Shown here: positions 13,668-27,373 of the stretch, piece after piece
How positions within the stretch are numbered: the stretch's first letter is position 1
Layout of the letters: each line of letters starts with the position of its first letter
Source of the DNA: Antechinus flavipes
Taxonomy: Eukaryota
Reading direction: 5' to 3'
NCBI RefSeq assembly: GCF_016432865.1
Contig: NC_067401.1
Coordinates: forward strand, 359,786,001-359,850,000
Length of the DNA: 64,000 nt
Notes under the pieces: generated by a model
The model's database searches: none
The model's input: the letters and a program-made list of their open reading frames with translations, nothing else
What the model was told of the DNA's origin: nothing
Position numbers and translations under genes: made by a program

Positions 13668-16600
13668 GTAGGTAATTTATATAGCCCATTATATTTACTA
13701 AAGAAGCGAACAATTCTTTATTCCAGAAAGGCTTGAGATTTGAGTTCAGAGAGATTTCTTTACCTTTTTTTCTTCCCCTCCATTAAATGTTAAAAGACAG
13801 TGTTTCTTGTGAGAACTCTCCATTCATTCTGCTAGAGCTGAAATCCCTCTGATATAATAATTACTTTCTTAATGAATAAAGTGAATCCAAAAATTCACAT
13901 TTAGTATTAATGCCATTCTTAAGGGTTATTCTGTATAGGTGTTATTAACATGATTCCATTTATGAAGTCAAAATCCTGCAGTGTTTATTCATAGAGAAAA
14001 ATATTTATTCAGAACCAATCTAGTGAACTGAAAAATCTTTTAATTTGTGAAATTGTGAAACTGAATTTTTATTTAAAAAATTAGCCTTTGCTAACAACTT
14101 CTGATTAAATCATATTGTCAGTATGATATGCCTTCTAGCATGAACTAGAATGACATGGAATTGCAGGCTTTTTTTTTTTTAAATCTAGTACTGCAGATGT
14201 CTCATTTCATGAACCAAAGGCTTAATTCTTTTGTTATTTCTTTCCTTTTAATTTCTAAAACATTTTTGACAGCCTGATTAAGAGGGTAAAATACTATTTC
14301 AGTGTGATATGAAAATTTTATATATATGTGTGTATATACATATGTATAATTTTTTTTATTGAAAAGAGAATACCTTAAACATAACAGTTGGATTAGAGGG
14401 TGTGGATTTCGAATACTGATTAGTTATAAACTGCAGCATTCCTACTCCAAGAGCTGTGGATGATTCTAGCCAGAAACAGAGTAGCAGGTATTCATTCATT
14501 CAATACATTGAGCTCCCCTTATCAGTAATTAATAGGTAATGGTAAAGAGTGAGTTTTGCCCCTTACCCAAAAGAAGCTTACAAATCTATTTTAAGTGAAT
14601 AATCTGTTATATGAATGCTGTGTAAATGTTTATGGTTCCTTTATTCTTTATGGCAGGCAGTCATCATTTGGTTAATGACATTTAACCACATGTTTTCATC
14701 ATGTCCTTTTGGCATATGCAGAGAGTGTGTTGAAATGAGTGACTTGCCCAAGGTCACAAGTCAGTGCCAGAAGATGAAGCTGCATTTCAATTTCTCATCT
14801 CCCAGTAGAGGGAGCTGCAGATTGCAAGATGATTGTGTAGGAATCTGAAAGTAAACAAATTATTAGATTCCCTTGGGATCTTATAAGTCCTTTGTACTTT
14901 ATTATTCCAGTTTACTTTTATATGGAATATTTCACAATTTTACTGTTAGGTTTTTTTTATTTGTGAAATGAGAGGTTTGGATTAAGGATCTCAGAAGTCC
15001 CTTCCAGCATTTAAATTGATTTTTCTTTGATTTTTTGTTTTGTTTTGTTTTATAAGTATGATAAAATAACATGTCCAGATTGATAAAATTCTCAGTAGAA
15101 ATATCTATTGATTATTCGTAATATTAATAAAAGAAGATACTAAGAGTTGCTGCATAGAAATGTAAATATCATTAGGCAAGTGTTAATATAAAATAATAGC
15201 CTTTTAAATCTAGTCAGAAGTAAAACCTCCTATTTGTATCACATTTATATAGTATAGAGAAATTGAATTTTGGAGTCTGGTTTCCCCCACTCCCCAAATT
15301 GTAGCTATCACGATTAACATTTTTCTTTTTTGTTCATTTCTTTTGCTCTTTGTATATAATATATATAAGTATGTATACTCACAGACATACTTATTTGCTC
15401 TCTATGTAATATATAGTTGGTGATTGATATTTATTTTAATCACCAATTCCTTTTAAACAACAAAACAAAGAAATCTTAAAAGCCTTTTAAAAAATGTTTA
15501 TTTTTTGTTTGAGATTTCAAATCATTGGCACGAGACTATATAATTTCTTTTTTAATCACCTCTTTAATAATTTTGTTGATGAGTGCCCTAGCTTTTCCTT
15601 CATGGAGTATTTAAATTCTTTCCATTTTGCCAAATTTAACATTAATAACTCTTAGAAAATGTGCAGTTGTAAGTAGCATGCATTTAATTAATTGCATGTT
15701 CAAGTAAGTATTTTGATCATTACTTGTAGTGCCAGTTTTTCCCCAAATGTGGTGATTTGGTTGAAATAATTTTTTAAAATAGATAAGTTATATTCATCTT
15801 GTCAATAAACTAAGAGGCATGAACTTAGCACAAATGAAAAACCAACAGTTGCCTAGGGAAACTGATAAAAAAGTATAATTCCTTCTTAGCAGAAATGTAG
15901 GAAAGATTCTCTGGGAAAAACTTAGATATTGTCATATGAGGTCATTGTATCTGATGTTTTGGCTTAAATGGTTTTTTTACTTAATAAGAGGCTCCAGTGA
16001 GGGCAGTGTTAGTATTGAAATGGCAGATAGTTCTAGAAATGACCCATATACAAAAAAAAAGGCATTAATAAAACTTATTTAATATACTAATATTCTGTAA
16101 AGGGTGTGTTGGATCATAATAAAATTAAAAGCAAAAACTAAAGATTTGAATGAAATTCAATGACATTTTAAAATTAAGGAGACTTTTATTTAGGTAAATT
16201 AATAGTGGTAACGACATATTTAGAGTATTCATTCTCTTTTTCTTGATCTACCCCTTTTCCACCATTTTTTATTGCTTTTTGTTGTTAAAAATCAATGTTA
16301 AAATTGGTGGAAGACCTAACATATCACTGTCTTTTGTGATGTACAAAAAAGGATTTCAATTCTTTTGGGGTAGAGAGAATGAAAATGTTATTTTTGACTA
16401 AACCTTTTTAATAATGAAAAACTAGGAGACCTAGTTTCAGACCCTTACCCATCACTATATTTGGTATTTTGAATAAATTTCTGGGCTTCTCTTTATAAAA
16501 TGAAAAGGTTGAATTAGACTTGAAGGTCATTTCTAGTTTGCAATCTTTGAACATGAAGCTATAAATCAAAGTAAAAATATTTTAGTGCTCACAGTTGTTT

Positions 16601-17789
16601 AGTTAATCTATTCATTGGTAAATTTAAATGCTTTTTTTCCTTAATTTTCAGTTTTAATGTCACTACCAAAACTAATCACTTCTTTAAATAATTGAATTGT
16701 GAAAATGTCTGTCTAAATAACGAAAAATTTTTCTATTGATACTCATGGCACTTTAATACTTTGCTGAATTTGTAAAGGGGTCATTGGCTTCTTTGAAGCA
16801 GTATTTAATATCTCTGGTTTTTAAATTCTTGTTTTCATTTTAGTATAGACTTTTTTGTTTTTGTTTTTTGTTTGTTTTTGGAGGATGGCGATCAGTGATA
16901 ATATTACATGTTTGTGATTAAATTGGTGATAGAAACTATTGTAGACATTTTTGCCATTGTTGTTGTGATAAAACAACTCTATTACAGTTTATAGTCTTAG
17001 TTAACTTGCATTGAGGGGTTAAGTAGCTTCTGGGTACCTAACTATCTAGTTAATTGTCCAAGGTAGGGCTTGAGCCTTGGTCTTTCTGGTTACAAGGTTA
17101 ACATCTATCCATTTGACATTTTCTTTCCTTTTGATATGAGTCATTGAATTTTGTATTATCTGATTTTTAGCCAGGTTTTAATTGTCAATTTGCATTACTT
17201 AATAATTTAGAGCTTTAGAAATTGCACCTTAATTTTTTTTTCTTCTGACTTGTCAACTTGACTAGAATTTTAAAGCTATTAGCTTTTTGAAATAAAATAT
17301 GCTCAATCAATGGCATAGTTAAATTTTTGTCACAAATGTTGAAGGACTTGTAGGTATTGATAGTGCATTAGTTTGGTCATTACAAATCTTTTCTAAAGTT
17401 AGTGTAGCTGGTAGGAGAGTTGTGGTAAACAAAGTATATATATCATTGTATAATATTATATTATTTGCAGGACAGTTTACTATGTGAAAATTCCAGAGCA
17501 AGAATTTGTTAGAATCTTAGAATATATTTTAAGTATTAATTTTAAAAGGATTCTACACTGTTCTCTTCCCCCATAGTATTATTTATTTACTGTTTATTTC
17601 TCTAGATGAATCTGTATGAGCTATTAAATGTGCTTAAAAAGTACAATTAGGGTGAACTTCAATTCCAACTAAATCATAGGAGTTTTTCTTTCTCCTCAAA
17701 AATTTTGTGTGTATGTGTGTGCATGTGCATCTTTGTCATCATAGTTTTATTATGATTAAAGAACTATTTCCTAAGAGCAGCAAATCAGC

Positions 17790-17985
17790 TAACAGGGCAT
17801 CCAGGGCCATCTCTAGTCTCCCTGATCTACATCTGGCCACTGGACCCAAGATGGCTTTGCAAGGAGAAAGTGAGGCAGGTGACTTTGCACAACCATCCTT
17901 CATTTAAATCCAATTCACTTGCATGTCATGGAATCAACTCCTGATGTCATGATTCTCTTTAAGAACAAAGGACAAACAACAATCA
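17790..17985. mobile_element. Marsupial SINE-like interspersed repeat fragment (family uncertain)
   Basis: ggccatctctagtc...ggacccaagatgg...aaaggacaaacaacaa resembles recalled marsupial repeats. Confidence 0.5.
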
Positions 17986-18706
17986 AGATAATTTTTTATG
18001 AGCTAATGGGTTATTGAGAGAGACACCACTTTAAAGAAGGCTTCCTGAAACACATTTAATTCAAAGTTCTAGATAACAGTGTTTTTGGGTGGTGAGAAGG
18101 AGAATTCATCTTAATGTTTCTTTCTCTCTCCATTAAGAGAGAGTCTAAACCATCCATACACGAAGGAAAAGAAACAAATTCATCAGTGTTTTTTAGGAAA
18201 CAAAAATGTACTGCTTAGTAAAGGGGAAAAGTCTCAATGCTTTGACTTTACACATAAACTTTTGATTTTATGTAAATGCATTTTTCTCAATCAGTTTCAA
18301 AACGTGGTTCATCTCCCATCCCCCAGTCTTTATTATTGGCTGTTAATTGTTACTTGAGCCACAAATGTGGCAGGTGCAAGCCTTCTTCATCCCTATACTT
18401 TATAAGAAGTGTTCATCAATAATGGAAAAGCATGTTTCAGGTCTCTTCTATGACCTTTTGATATTATGCCATTACTGTATAACTTGGATGAAACTTCCAT
18501 GAATAAAAGTAATAAGAGATAACTTTAGACTCTTATTACTGCAGTTTTTGAATAAGCTACAAATGAAAGCTATTACTGTTTTTCTCAACTTTGAACAAAT
18601 GTATAGGAATTCATGTGAAACCACTCAAGAAATCTACTTTGTTTAATAATGATATTGATTTTAATTATGTGCATTGGTTTGTTGAATATCTGCTTTCTTC
18701 CTTTAG

Positions 18707-18768
18707 AACTCAGGATGCCCCTGGTCCTGAATTAATACTGCCTGCAAGTATAGAATTCAGGGAAAGTT
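18707..18768 (+). CDS. AFDN: AFDN exon, 62 nt, TQDAPGPELILPASIEFRES
   Basis: ctttag acceptor, donor gtaagt at 18769; phase 2 to 1. Confidence 0.97.
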
Positions 18769-18852
18769 GTAAGTATTTTGAAATTCCCAGTTTACTTGTA
18801 TTAATTGTTCCACTTTCCTCCTTTTGATATTCATTTTTTAATCTTTTCACAG

Positions 18853-19058
18853 CTGAAGATTCATTTTTATCAGCTATTATAAATTATACGAATAGTTCTA
18901 CAGTGCATTTTAAACTATCACCTACATATGTGTTATATATGGCATGTCGGTATGTACTGTCAAATCAATACAGACCTGAAATCAGCCCTACAGAGCGTAC
19001 CCATAAAGTCATTGCCATAGTTAACAAGATGGTGAGCATGATGGAAGGAGTTATTCAG
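18853..19058 (+). CDS. AFDN: AFDN exon, 206 nt, (S)EDSFLSAIINY...KMVSMMEGVIQ
   Basis: cacag acceptor after an 84-nt intron, donor gtgggt at 19059; phase 1 to 0. Confidence 0.98.
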
Positions 19059-20962
19059 GTGGGTGTCAACCTGATGTATGTAGGCATTTCTTTTTCCTTT
19101 TGAAGGAATCTTTTAAGATTGTTTTTGGGAAAAGTTACAAGGGTACAAAGTAGTATACCTAGTTTTCTCTGAGTTAACTGTATAATTTTTAAAGTAAGAG
19201 AAATTTTTCTTCTTATTCTTTCATTCTGTCTCCCACAATTAAGAAACAAAGGTTTTTTTAATTTAATAGCTAAATTCTGAGTTCACAGTTGTGCTAAATA
19301 AAGATGGTCTTTTACTTATTGATACTATTTTGTCAGGTTCCTATCTTTTCCTTTACCTCCATGCTTGAAAGAGGGATTGGGTATAGCAAATCTCCCCTCC
19401 ACTCCCTCCTTATCCTAAGCTATAATTTATATGTAAATTCTTTCATTAAGTAATTTTTAACAACTGAGAAACACTAGAAACAAAAAAGATAGCTTTGTTA
19501 AGATTTCTTTAATTGTTTAAATATCCCATATACAGTGAACACAATGTTTTAAGTTGTGTAGTAACTCAAATGTGCTTGAATCTACAGGACAGTTGCATTT
19601 TTAAGTTTTGAAATTTATAATTAAACAAATTGACAGTATACAGACTTAGTTTGTAAAGTTGACATCAATGTTCTTCACATTCTCAGCATAGGACTGGCTC
19701 ATATACTATGTAAAGCATCATGAATCATTACAAGTTATATTGGTAGCATATGATATAATTCCACACTTGTTTTTCCAGCACAGTAATTTGAATTTATTTG
19801 AATTCCTTACCTAGGTGATTTTAATCAAACTCACAGATGTTAATATTTCAATTAAGAGGGTAACAACTAAAATGTTTAGAAATAGTCACCAAATTGATTT
19901 TTATCCCCTAGAGAATGAGATTTGACCTGGGATCTTTGATTCCTATTTGTAGTTTTCTGATTTTAAGCATGTTTAAATTTTAAGAGTAGAAGATAGTTTT
20001 AAAAATGTGGTCTAGATTTGTTGGCTGATAATTTCCTTACCTGAACCTGGGAAAAAAAATTTTTTTTAAGTAGCGATTTCACTTGGTTATCATAGCATTC
20101 TTTTTCAACTTTTTTTTTTTAGTAAATGTGATTTTGCTTTTTTTTTTTTTTTTTTTTTTAAACTTTAACCCATTGCTTGTCTCCAGTTCCTTTCATATTG
20201 TCTAAAGTTCACTTCAGAGCAAGAAGCTCTACTGACGGCTTTTTTTTTCACTATGCATTTTAAACTGAAAAAATAAAATTATGATAAAAAAACCACAATA
20301 ACCTTTTTTTTGGATCTTCAGTTCATGTTCCACAAATGGAATTAGCAAAGCAACAACTAAAAAATGTCTGCTCATAGCATATCAATTGTTTTGAAATTTT
20401 TGTGTCTGCCATTTGAAGTTTATCTTTTTGGAAATTTTAAAATTGAATTTTTGCTATAGTATTTATTTTTAGTTTGTATATATTTCAAATTCATCCTTAT
20501 TGTCATTTCTTTAAATAGTCATTTATTGTCTTTCTCATTTGTCATTTTCTTTAGAATTAAGCAATCTTCTGTCAAATTAAGGCATACTTGCACAGGTGGA
20601 TTAAATGAATTTGTCTTTCCACATTATGGATTTGTGGAAAAACTTTTTCAACAATATTTTCTTTAATGAGTGTTAATTGCAAGACTTAATATGTGTTCAT
20701 CATCAATTATTTGTTCTCCAGATTTACCATTCACTTCATTGTTATGGTACTAAGTGCCTAAAATAAACTATTGACAGCATGTACTTGCTCAGCTGCTCCA
20801 AACCACAGGTGACATTGTAATTTGGGAATAACTGAGCATAAAGTGTTTTGTCTTTATGTTGCACCTTCATATTAGTGTTTTGATTTTTTAAAACTTATCA
20901 TGATTGTTTACAAGTTTCTTTCTCTCGTTCTGCTTGATTTCCCTTCGTCTGTTTTTCTCCAG

Positions 20963-20983
20963 GAGGTAGACCAGGTTGATCAG
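20963..20983 (+). CDS. AFDN: AFDN 21-nt cassette microexon, EVDQVDQ
   Basis: Long pyrimidine tract ending ctccag, then gag gta gac cag gtt gat cag, donor gtagga; symmetric phase 0; peptide recalled from rodent afadin isoforms. Confidence 0.9.
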
Positions 20984-21731
20984 GTAGGATATACTGCTGG
21001 GAATTGATCCTAGCTATGTTGGCTTAGCTGAGTTTCTCATGCTGCTTCCATATCAAAATACAATACTACAACAGCTGGACTGAACAGTTCATAACACTCA
21101 TTCAGCAACTGGAACATGCAGTACTAAAATCCTTTTTTGACTGTGCAACTTTTTATCAGCATTCCATAATTTCTGCTTAATGCACTTCAATGTGGATATG
21201 AAATGACCAAAGTTCTTTTTCTTATCTTTATTGTTTATCTTTGGTTCCTATCTTTGGATCTCATCTAAGGTTGCCTGGCCTGGCATATGTGGTCGGGAGA
21301 TGGGGAGATAGATCAGTACTTGATACTGAGTTGCATGGTGTCAAAACCAGTAACTGGAAGTATCAGGGTGGTGGTGGGTAATAGAGAACCCATGCGTGGG
21401 CACAAACAGATCACCAGATAGTGCATAAAGGTAAACCTGGCATTGTACTATGCAAAAGAATAGCCCCATAGTGACAGCAATCCAGAAATTATATAATTGT
21501 GTTAAAACATAACTTTTGAAGTGTTAAAAAAAAATTGCATACTTTTCATTGATTAATAAAATCAAATTTATCTGCAAATATCTGGTATCTGAATTATTAG
21601 TGGAATGGGAAAGGTACTGGTCTATCTTTAAAAGCTTTATAAGTAGCACTTATCCCTTACCCTTCTTTTTTTCTTTTGGTGGGATAAGAAAATTTTTGTT
21701 CTCTCTCTACTTATATTTGTTCTATTTACAG

Positions 21732-21877
21732 AAGCAGAAGAATATTGCAGGAGCACTTGCCTTTTGGATGGCAAATGCATCAGAATTACTCAACTTCATT
21801 AAGCAGGACCGTGATCTCAGCCGAATCACTCTGGATGCCCAGGATATTTTAGCACACTTGGTTCAAATGGCATTCAA
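21732..21877 (+). CDS. AFDN: AFDN exon, 146 nt, KQKNIAGALAFWMANASELLNF...VQMAF(K), DIL region
   Basis: tttacag acceptor, donor gtaaga at 21878; phase 0 to 2. Confidence 0.98.
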
Positions 21878-23509
21878 GTAAGATCAAGAAATTTTTTACC
21901 CCATAACTTTTACTAATAAAGTGTCAAATTTAGTATTTTATTTATGTTTCTTTATTTTCAAATGTATTACAGCATAGATATTAAATACACATGTACTCAA
22001 CACACTTTAAGGCATATATCAAGGAAAGCAAAAATACAGATATTGGGGAAAACAGGCTTGTTTATTTATGCCAGGCTATGAGTTCATCAGTATTGGGAAC
22101 TCTTATTGACAAAATGCCTCGTCTTGTCCACTCTAGACTAGCAACTGTTCTGAAACTAATAGAGATATTCCTTCCATGTCTCAACTTTCCCATCTTGGAT
22201 TCAGTTATATCACAGATCAGCATAAGAAATTAAATGGGAAATTTGCTTGTGAAAGCAGCACATGACAGATAAAGACTAACTGATACAGAAAACATTTAGA
22301 AACTTCGAAGTGCATAAAGTATAATATGATATTATATGATATCAACATATTTTATCTATTAATATCATAATAATTGAGGCTTCTCCAAGACAAGAGAGGG
22401 CCAAAAGTTTTTATGTGGATTTTCCAGATCACAGCATTGCTACGCTTCTAACCTTTTAATGTGGTTACAGATAACTGTAGTCTTAGATTTGTCTGGGGCA
22501 CTGAGAGGTAAAAGGTCTTGTTAGTCGTGCAGCTAATAAATCTTTGGAAGGACTTTAGTCTAAGACTTTTGACTCCAAGGCCAGTTTTTCCTTTGACCTT
22601 AAGATTTTATTTATGTATATTTTTTGTAGAAGATAGATTGGACATTAAAAAGAATTGAAGCCAGAAAACCAATTAGGAAACAAAAGGTCCAGACCCTTTG
22701 TGAGTAGAGAAGGGAACAGATGAAAGAGGTGTTGGGGAGTAGATATAAACTTATTCAACAATTTATTGGATATGTCACTAAAAAAAATGAAGAGTCAAGG
22801 AGAGAAGACACAGGGAAAATATAATATCTCTATAATAATATAGGGATAATATAAAGATCTCTCAGGAGGTCTTTGAACAATGGTTATTGTTAAGTTTTCC
22901 TTCCCATTTACCAGATCAGTCCTTTCTGAGACTTGGACCCATTGCTCCTGTTTCTGCTCTCTGCAGCAAAGGGAACAGTCTAACTCTTGCCTTCACATTG
23001 TAACCTTACTGTTATTTAAAACTAGATAAGAAAGAATGAAATGGGAAACAGAAAAAAAAAATGATCCATACTGTCAAATGCTTATAGAAAGTTCAAGAAG
23101 GATAAAAGTTGAGAAAGTATTGTCTGATATTGGAATTAAGAGATCATTAGTAACTTGAAGAAAGCATTTTCAGTTGTATTAGGAGGGTAGAATTAGGAGA
23201 CCGTTGGAAAACTTGGAAAATGAGAAGATACTGTTTTCTTTTATGGAAGGTGAAGAGAGGGTTGAGTTGAGTAAAGGATAATCACAGCTTACCCATGCCT
23301 GCCTATTTCTGTGCATAATCATTTTCTTCTCACCTAAAAATGAATGATGTTTGGGGAAGGGACAAGAAGGGGAGGGAGGGCAGATTTTATAAAAAACAGA
23401 TTTTGATCTTATAGTTTGTAAAATCCATTTATTTATGTTTGTATTTTAAGTTCCAACGTGACTTATTATCCTTATTATGTACAGTATTAAAATATGTATA
23501 ATTTTTCAG

Positions 23510-23604
23510 ATATTTGGTTCATTGTCTTCAATCAGAACTTAATAACTACATGCCAGCCTTTCTGGATGATCCTGAAGAAAACAGTCTACAAAGACCTAAA
23601 ATAG
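23510..23604 (+). CDS. AFDN: AFDN exon, 95 nt, YLVHCLQSELNNYMPAFLDDPEENSLQRPKI
   Basis: tttttcag acceptor, donor gttaga at 23605; phase 2 to 1. Confidence 0.97.
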
Positions 23605-23923
23605 GTTAGAATACTGACTTTTTTGAAAAATAGTATTCTTGCTATCCCTTTACAAATTTATGATTTTCAGTTTGCTTAACACCTATGTTGTAAATATCTC
23701 TGAAATAGATAAAAAGTATAATATGCATTTGTCTGGATTTGAATTAAATAGTGAATGTAGAAAACTGTTTTTGCAGTCAGGTCTTCAGATATTTTGAACT
23801 TTTAAAAAAATGCTTATGAATAATTTTCCTTTTTGGTTGACCACTTCAATGCCTTAATATTTGTTTGGAGGCGAACTTGAGTTTTCAGAGACTATTGCAG
23901 TAAATCACAACCTTCAGTAAATT

Positions 23924-24035
23924 GTTTTTTTCCTGAGGCAATTGGGGTTAAATGACCTGCCCTGGGTCACACAGCTAGGAAGTAGTAAGTGTCTGAGACC
24001 AGATTTGAACTGAGGTCCTCCTGACATGCTGCCCC
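23924..24035 (-). mobile_element. WSINE1-like SINE with an internal deletion and TSD
   Basis: About 35 nt between B box and head is missing; flanks aaccttcagtaaatt 23909-23923 and aagcttcagtaatt from 24036. Confidence 0.85.
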
Positions 24036-24418
24036 AAGCTTCAGTAATTCTTAGCAAGCTAGAAGCAGAGGTTCCATTTTCAGATGTTGTTTGTCATGTG
24101 GACTGAAGTTTGACCACCAAATTTGAATTTTTTTTTTTTAACAACTCATTGAAAGAATCATCTAATTTTGCATCACCCAAAATGAAGGGAGTTCCTACAT
24201 GGACAAAACCACAGATTCTTGAAGTAAAATACAGGTCTTAATTAAGATATTTGGGTGACTATAGTTTTATAAATTAGACTAAATGTAGAGGTCTGGGGGA
24301 CTGCACTGGAGTTAACCAGTGCTTTGATCGACATTTTCCGAGTTTATATTATTTCTGAATTCTTTTCCTGAAAGATTCATTCATGACATCTATTTTGTGT
24401 TTTTATATTTATGAACAG

Positions 24419-24684
24419 ATGATGTTTTGCACACACTCACTGGAGCTATGTCATTATTGCGAAGATGTAGAGTAAATGCTGCCCTGACGATTCAACTCTT
24501 CTCTCAACTATTTCATTTTATTAATATGTGGCTGTTTAACAGACTTGTTACTGACCCAGATTCAGGGTTGTGTTCTCATTACTGGGGAGCCATTATCCGT
24601 CAGCAGTTGGGGCATATCGAGGCATGGGCAGAAAAACAAGGCCTAGAGCTCGCTGCTGACTGCCATCTCAGCAGAATTGTACAG
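24419..24684 (+). CDS. AFDN: AFDN exon, 266 nt, (D)DVLHTLTGAMSLLRRCRVNAALTIQLFSQLF...HLSRIVQ, DIL domain
   Basis: aacag acceptor, donor gtaaaa at 24685; overlaps ORF 24427..24717; phase 1 to 0. Confidence 0.98.
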
Positions 24685-26108
24685 GTAAAATGGTGGAATT
24701 CAGAGTGCTTTTTGTAGCTCTCAGGGAGGGAGAAACTGCATAGGATTGTGTGCTAAAAGAACTCTTGCCATTTAAAATTTTCATTTATGTCTTTTGTTTA
24801 AGTGATTTTTAATATTAGAAGATTTTTATAGAATGGAAAAATCTCTCAGGGTTTCTTGTAGGTCAAAGCTTCTTGTAGATCATAGCCCCACATGAGTTAG
24901 GTAACTGAATGTGGGTTTCCCATAAAGTTTGGGAACAATAAAATGTTTCTGAATGCAATGACTTAAAATTAATTGAAAATCAAATGCATGATGAATTCAA
25001 AGTGTTTCTGGCCTCATATGTTGTATCTTTCACCTTCACCACACCCTTGGTTCTTGAACATTGAATTTTGCATTGCATATTCAGAACATCTTAGCTCAGA
25101 TTTGGAATGGGATTGCATAAAAATTTCTTGGGCAAAAAAGGGTCAGGAGTGGAAAATGTTTGAGAAGCCATGTTGTAGATCACTGAAAGAAATTATTCTC
25201 TTGGCTTTGAACTGCTATGAGGAAAGGACTTAAACATCAAAGAGATCACATTAATAACTAGACAAAAATTCAGGGCATTCCAAGTTACTTAAACTGAGAA
25301 AAACTTTTTGATAGTGTATATATTGAATCTTTTATATTTTCTGAATTTCTCAACCTTTCATTTTAAATGTAAAGACAAAGAGGTTTATCAGGTATATTGA
25401 TGAGTGTAAAGTGAAAAAATCTTAAATTGGACGAGTTAATGTATAAGTTGATATTTCTTGTGCTGTTTCCTTGATTCAAATGGTTATAAAATTATGTTCT
25501 AGGTAATAACATTTAATTTATGAATTTACTAATGGAGGATTTGGGAGCATTTTAGAGGCTGGGATAACTTAGTTTAAATTAAAAAGGAGGAGAAGATTTA
25601 ATAAATAAAAGGCAGATTACAGAGGAAATATTTAATTACTTAAGTAAAAGAGTGTTTAAAAACTTGAAATCCTACTTCATAATCTATGAGAACTTTGTTT
25701 AAATGGGCTCTTAAAGACCTATTCATTATACTTTTTAGACTAAAGGAGCCTTCTTATTAGAGGTAATGAAATTATAAATCTTTTTCAAAAATCTTTAAAT
25801 TAAAAATATTAATTTACTCAGACTGTTCTTTCCTACTATTCAAATTAACCTAGAATTTTTTTTTTAATTTGGAATTTAGGATAGGGTACAGATCTTTGAT
25901 TTCATTGGTGTAAGGATCTTTTTCTGACAAGGAAACCTCCTTTATCAATGTAGATAGCCATTGATTTTATAAATTATAATAAATCTTACAGAGTTATTAT
26001 GATTTTGAGGCCAGTTCTTTACCTAATATATCATTTTATACCTTTACTCTGATAATGATTTATACTATAAATCTAGATAACAATGAAAAAAAATCTCTTG
26101 CTATTCAG

Positions 26109-26252
26109 GCAACCACATTACTTACCATGGATAAGTATTCACCTGAGGATATTCCAAATATTAACAGTACCTGCTTTAAGCTGAATTCATTACAACTTCA
26201 AGCCTTATTACAAAATTACCACTGTGCACCAGATGAACCTTTTATCCCATCA
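26109..26252 (+). CDS. AFDN: AFDN exon, 144 nt, ATTLLTMDKYSPEDIPN...DEPFIPS, DIL domain
   Basis: attcag acceptor, donor gtaagt at 26253; phase 0 to 0. Confidence 0.98.
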
Positions 26253-26496
26253 GTAAGTTAATCTTGCCATATTTCTTGCAGAATATAAATTTTTTTAAAT
26301 GGATTTGCGCTACTGGAATAAAGTATTATATGATGCTTAATTTTATTGGAAAAAATAATTTAAGAAATGTTTCATCTTTTAGATCCACTGAAATTACATG
26401 ACCTAATAACTTCAGTCTTGGATTTTTTTAAGAGTTGGAACATACCTTCAGAATAATTTGGAATATATATTTTTGTATGAAAATATAAAGTAGCTC

Positions 26497-26518
<22 letters not shown>
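26497..26518 (+). repeat. (TG)11 microsatellite
   Basis: Direct reading. Confidence 0.95.
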
Positions 26519-26528
<10 letters not shown>

Positions 26529-26933
26529 CATGTGCATATATGTATGTATATATGTACAAATGGTTGCTACAATAGTATCCACAGCCAAAATCAAGGACTT
26601 CTATTAGAAACAATTTCTAATTTTTTTTTAAAAGGATGAAAAGGTGTTTCATTTTCAGAATTTAAAAATGCCTTTTTGTAATGTTAATGCATTAATTCAT
26701 TTGCAGTATGGTTTGTAACCAGATTAAAAAATCTAAAATTCTTTTGCTCTGTTTCCCCCCTCACTGTCAGTTGCAAATCTTTGGATATTATAAAACGTAA
26801 CTATAAAGAATTTTAGCACATTAGCCTAATTTTAATAGTGTCTATTCTCTCCTGTATATATGTAAAAAAGTTTTATAAAAATAGTATTTGACTAAAATTT
26901 TAGTTTTGTTACAAAAATTTCACATTTTAAACT

Positions 26934-27123
26934 ATAAATATATTCTTTACCTAGAGAATATAATGCTTTTCTCCTAGAGATGAGAATTATTTTCACAAGC
27001 ATCATAAAATTAGTTAAGCTATTTGTAAATAATCCATCATGCTTTCAACATAGAAAAAAATCATTTCACATTCCCTATTTTATTTAAATAAGTATCACAT
27101 TTGATAACTTGATCACATTGAAA
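26934..27123 (+). repeat. Copy 1 of an approximately 190-bp direct duplication (copy 2 at 29336-29531)
   Basis: ataaatatattctttacctagagaatataatgc...gatcacattgaaa aligns with copy 2 with about 5 substitutions and 2 small indels. Confidence 0.95.
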
Positions 27124-27174
27124 GTGACCTCTTAAGTGTTTCTTCCTGACTTTGTTTGCTTATTCTCCATTTAG

Positions 27175-27373
27175 GATCTCATAGAAAATGTAGTAGCTGT
27201 TGCTGAAAATACAGCTGATGAATTAGCACGTAGTGATGGGAGAGAAGTACAATTAGAAGAAGATCCTGATCTTCAGCTACCTTTTCTTCTGCCAGAAGAT
27301 GGCTATTCTTGTGATGTTGTCCGAAATGTTCCAAACGGGTTACAGGAATTTTTAGATCCACTGTGTCAGAGAG
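27175..27373 (+). CDS. AFDN: AFDN exon, 199 nt, DLIENVVAVAENTADELARSDG...FLDPLCQR
   Basis: tttag acceptor, donor gtaaat at 27374; phase 0 to 1. Confidence 0.98.

Noticed and set aside
13668-13677. Tandem donors gtaggtaatt
   Set aside because: The +4 donor frameshifts, and such GTAGGT overlaps are common consensus by-products.
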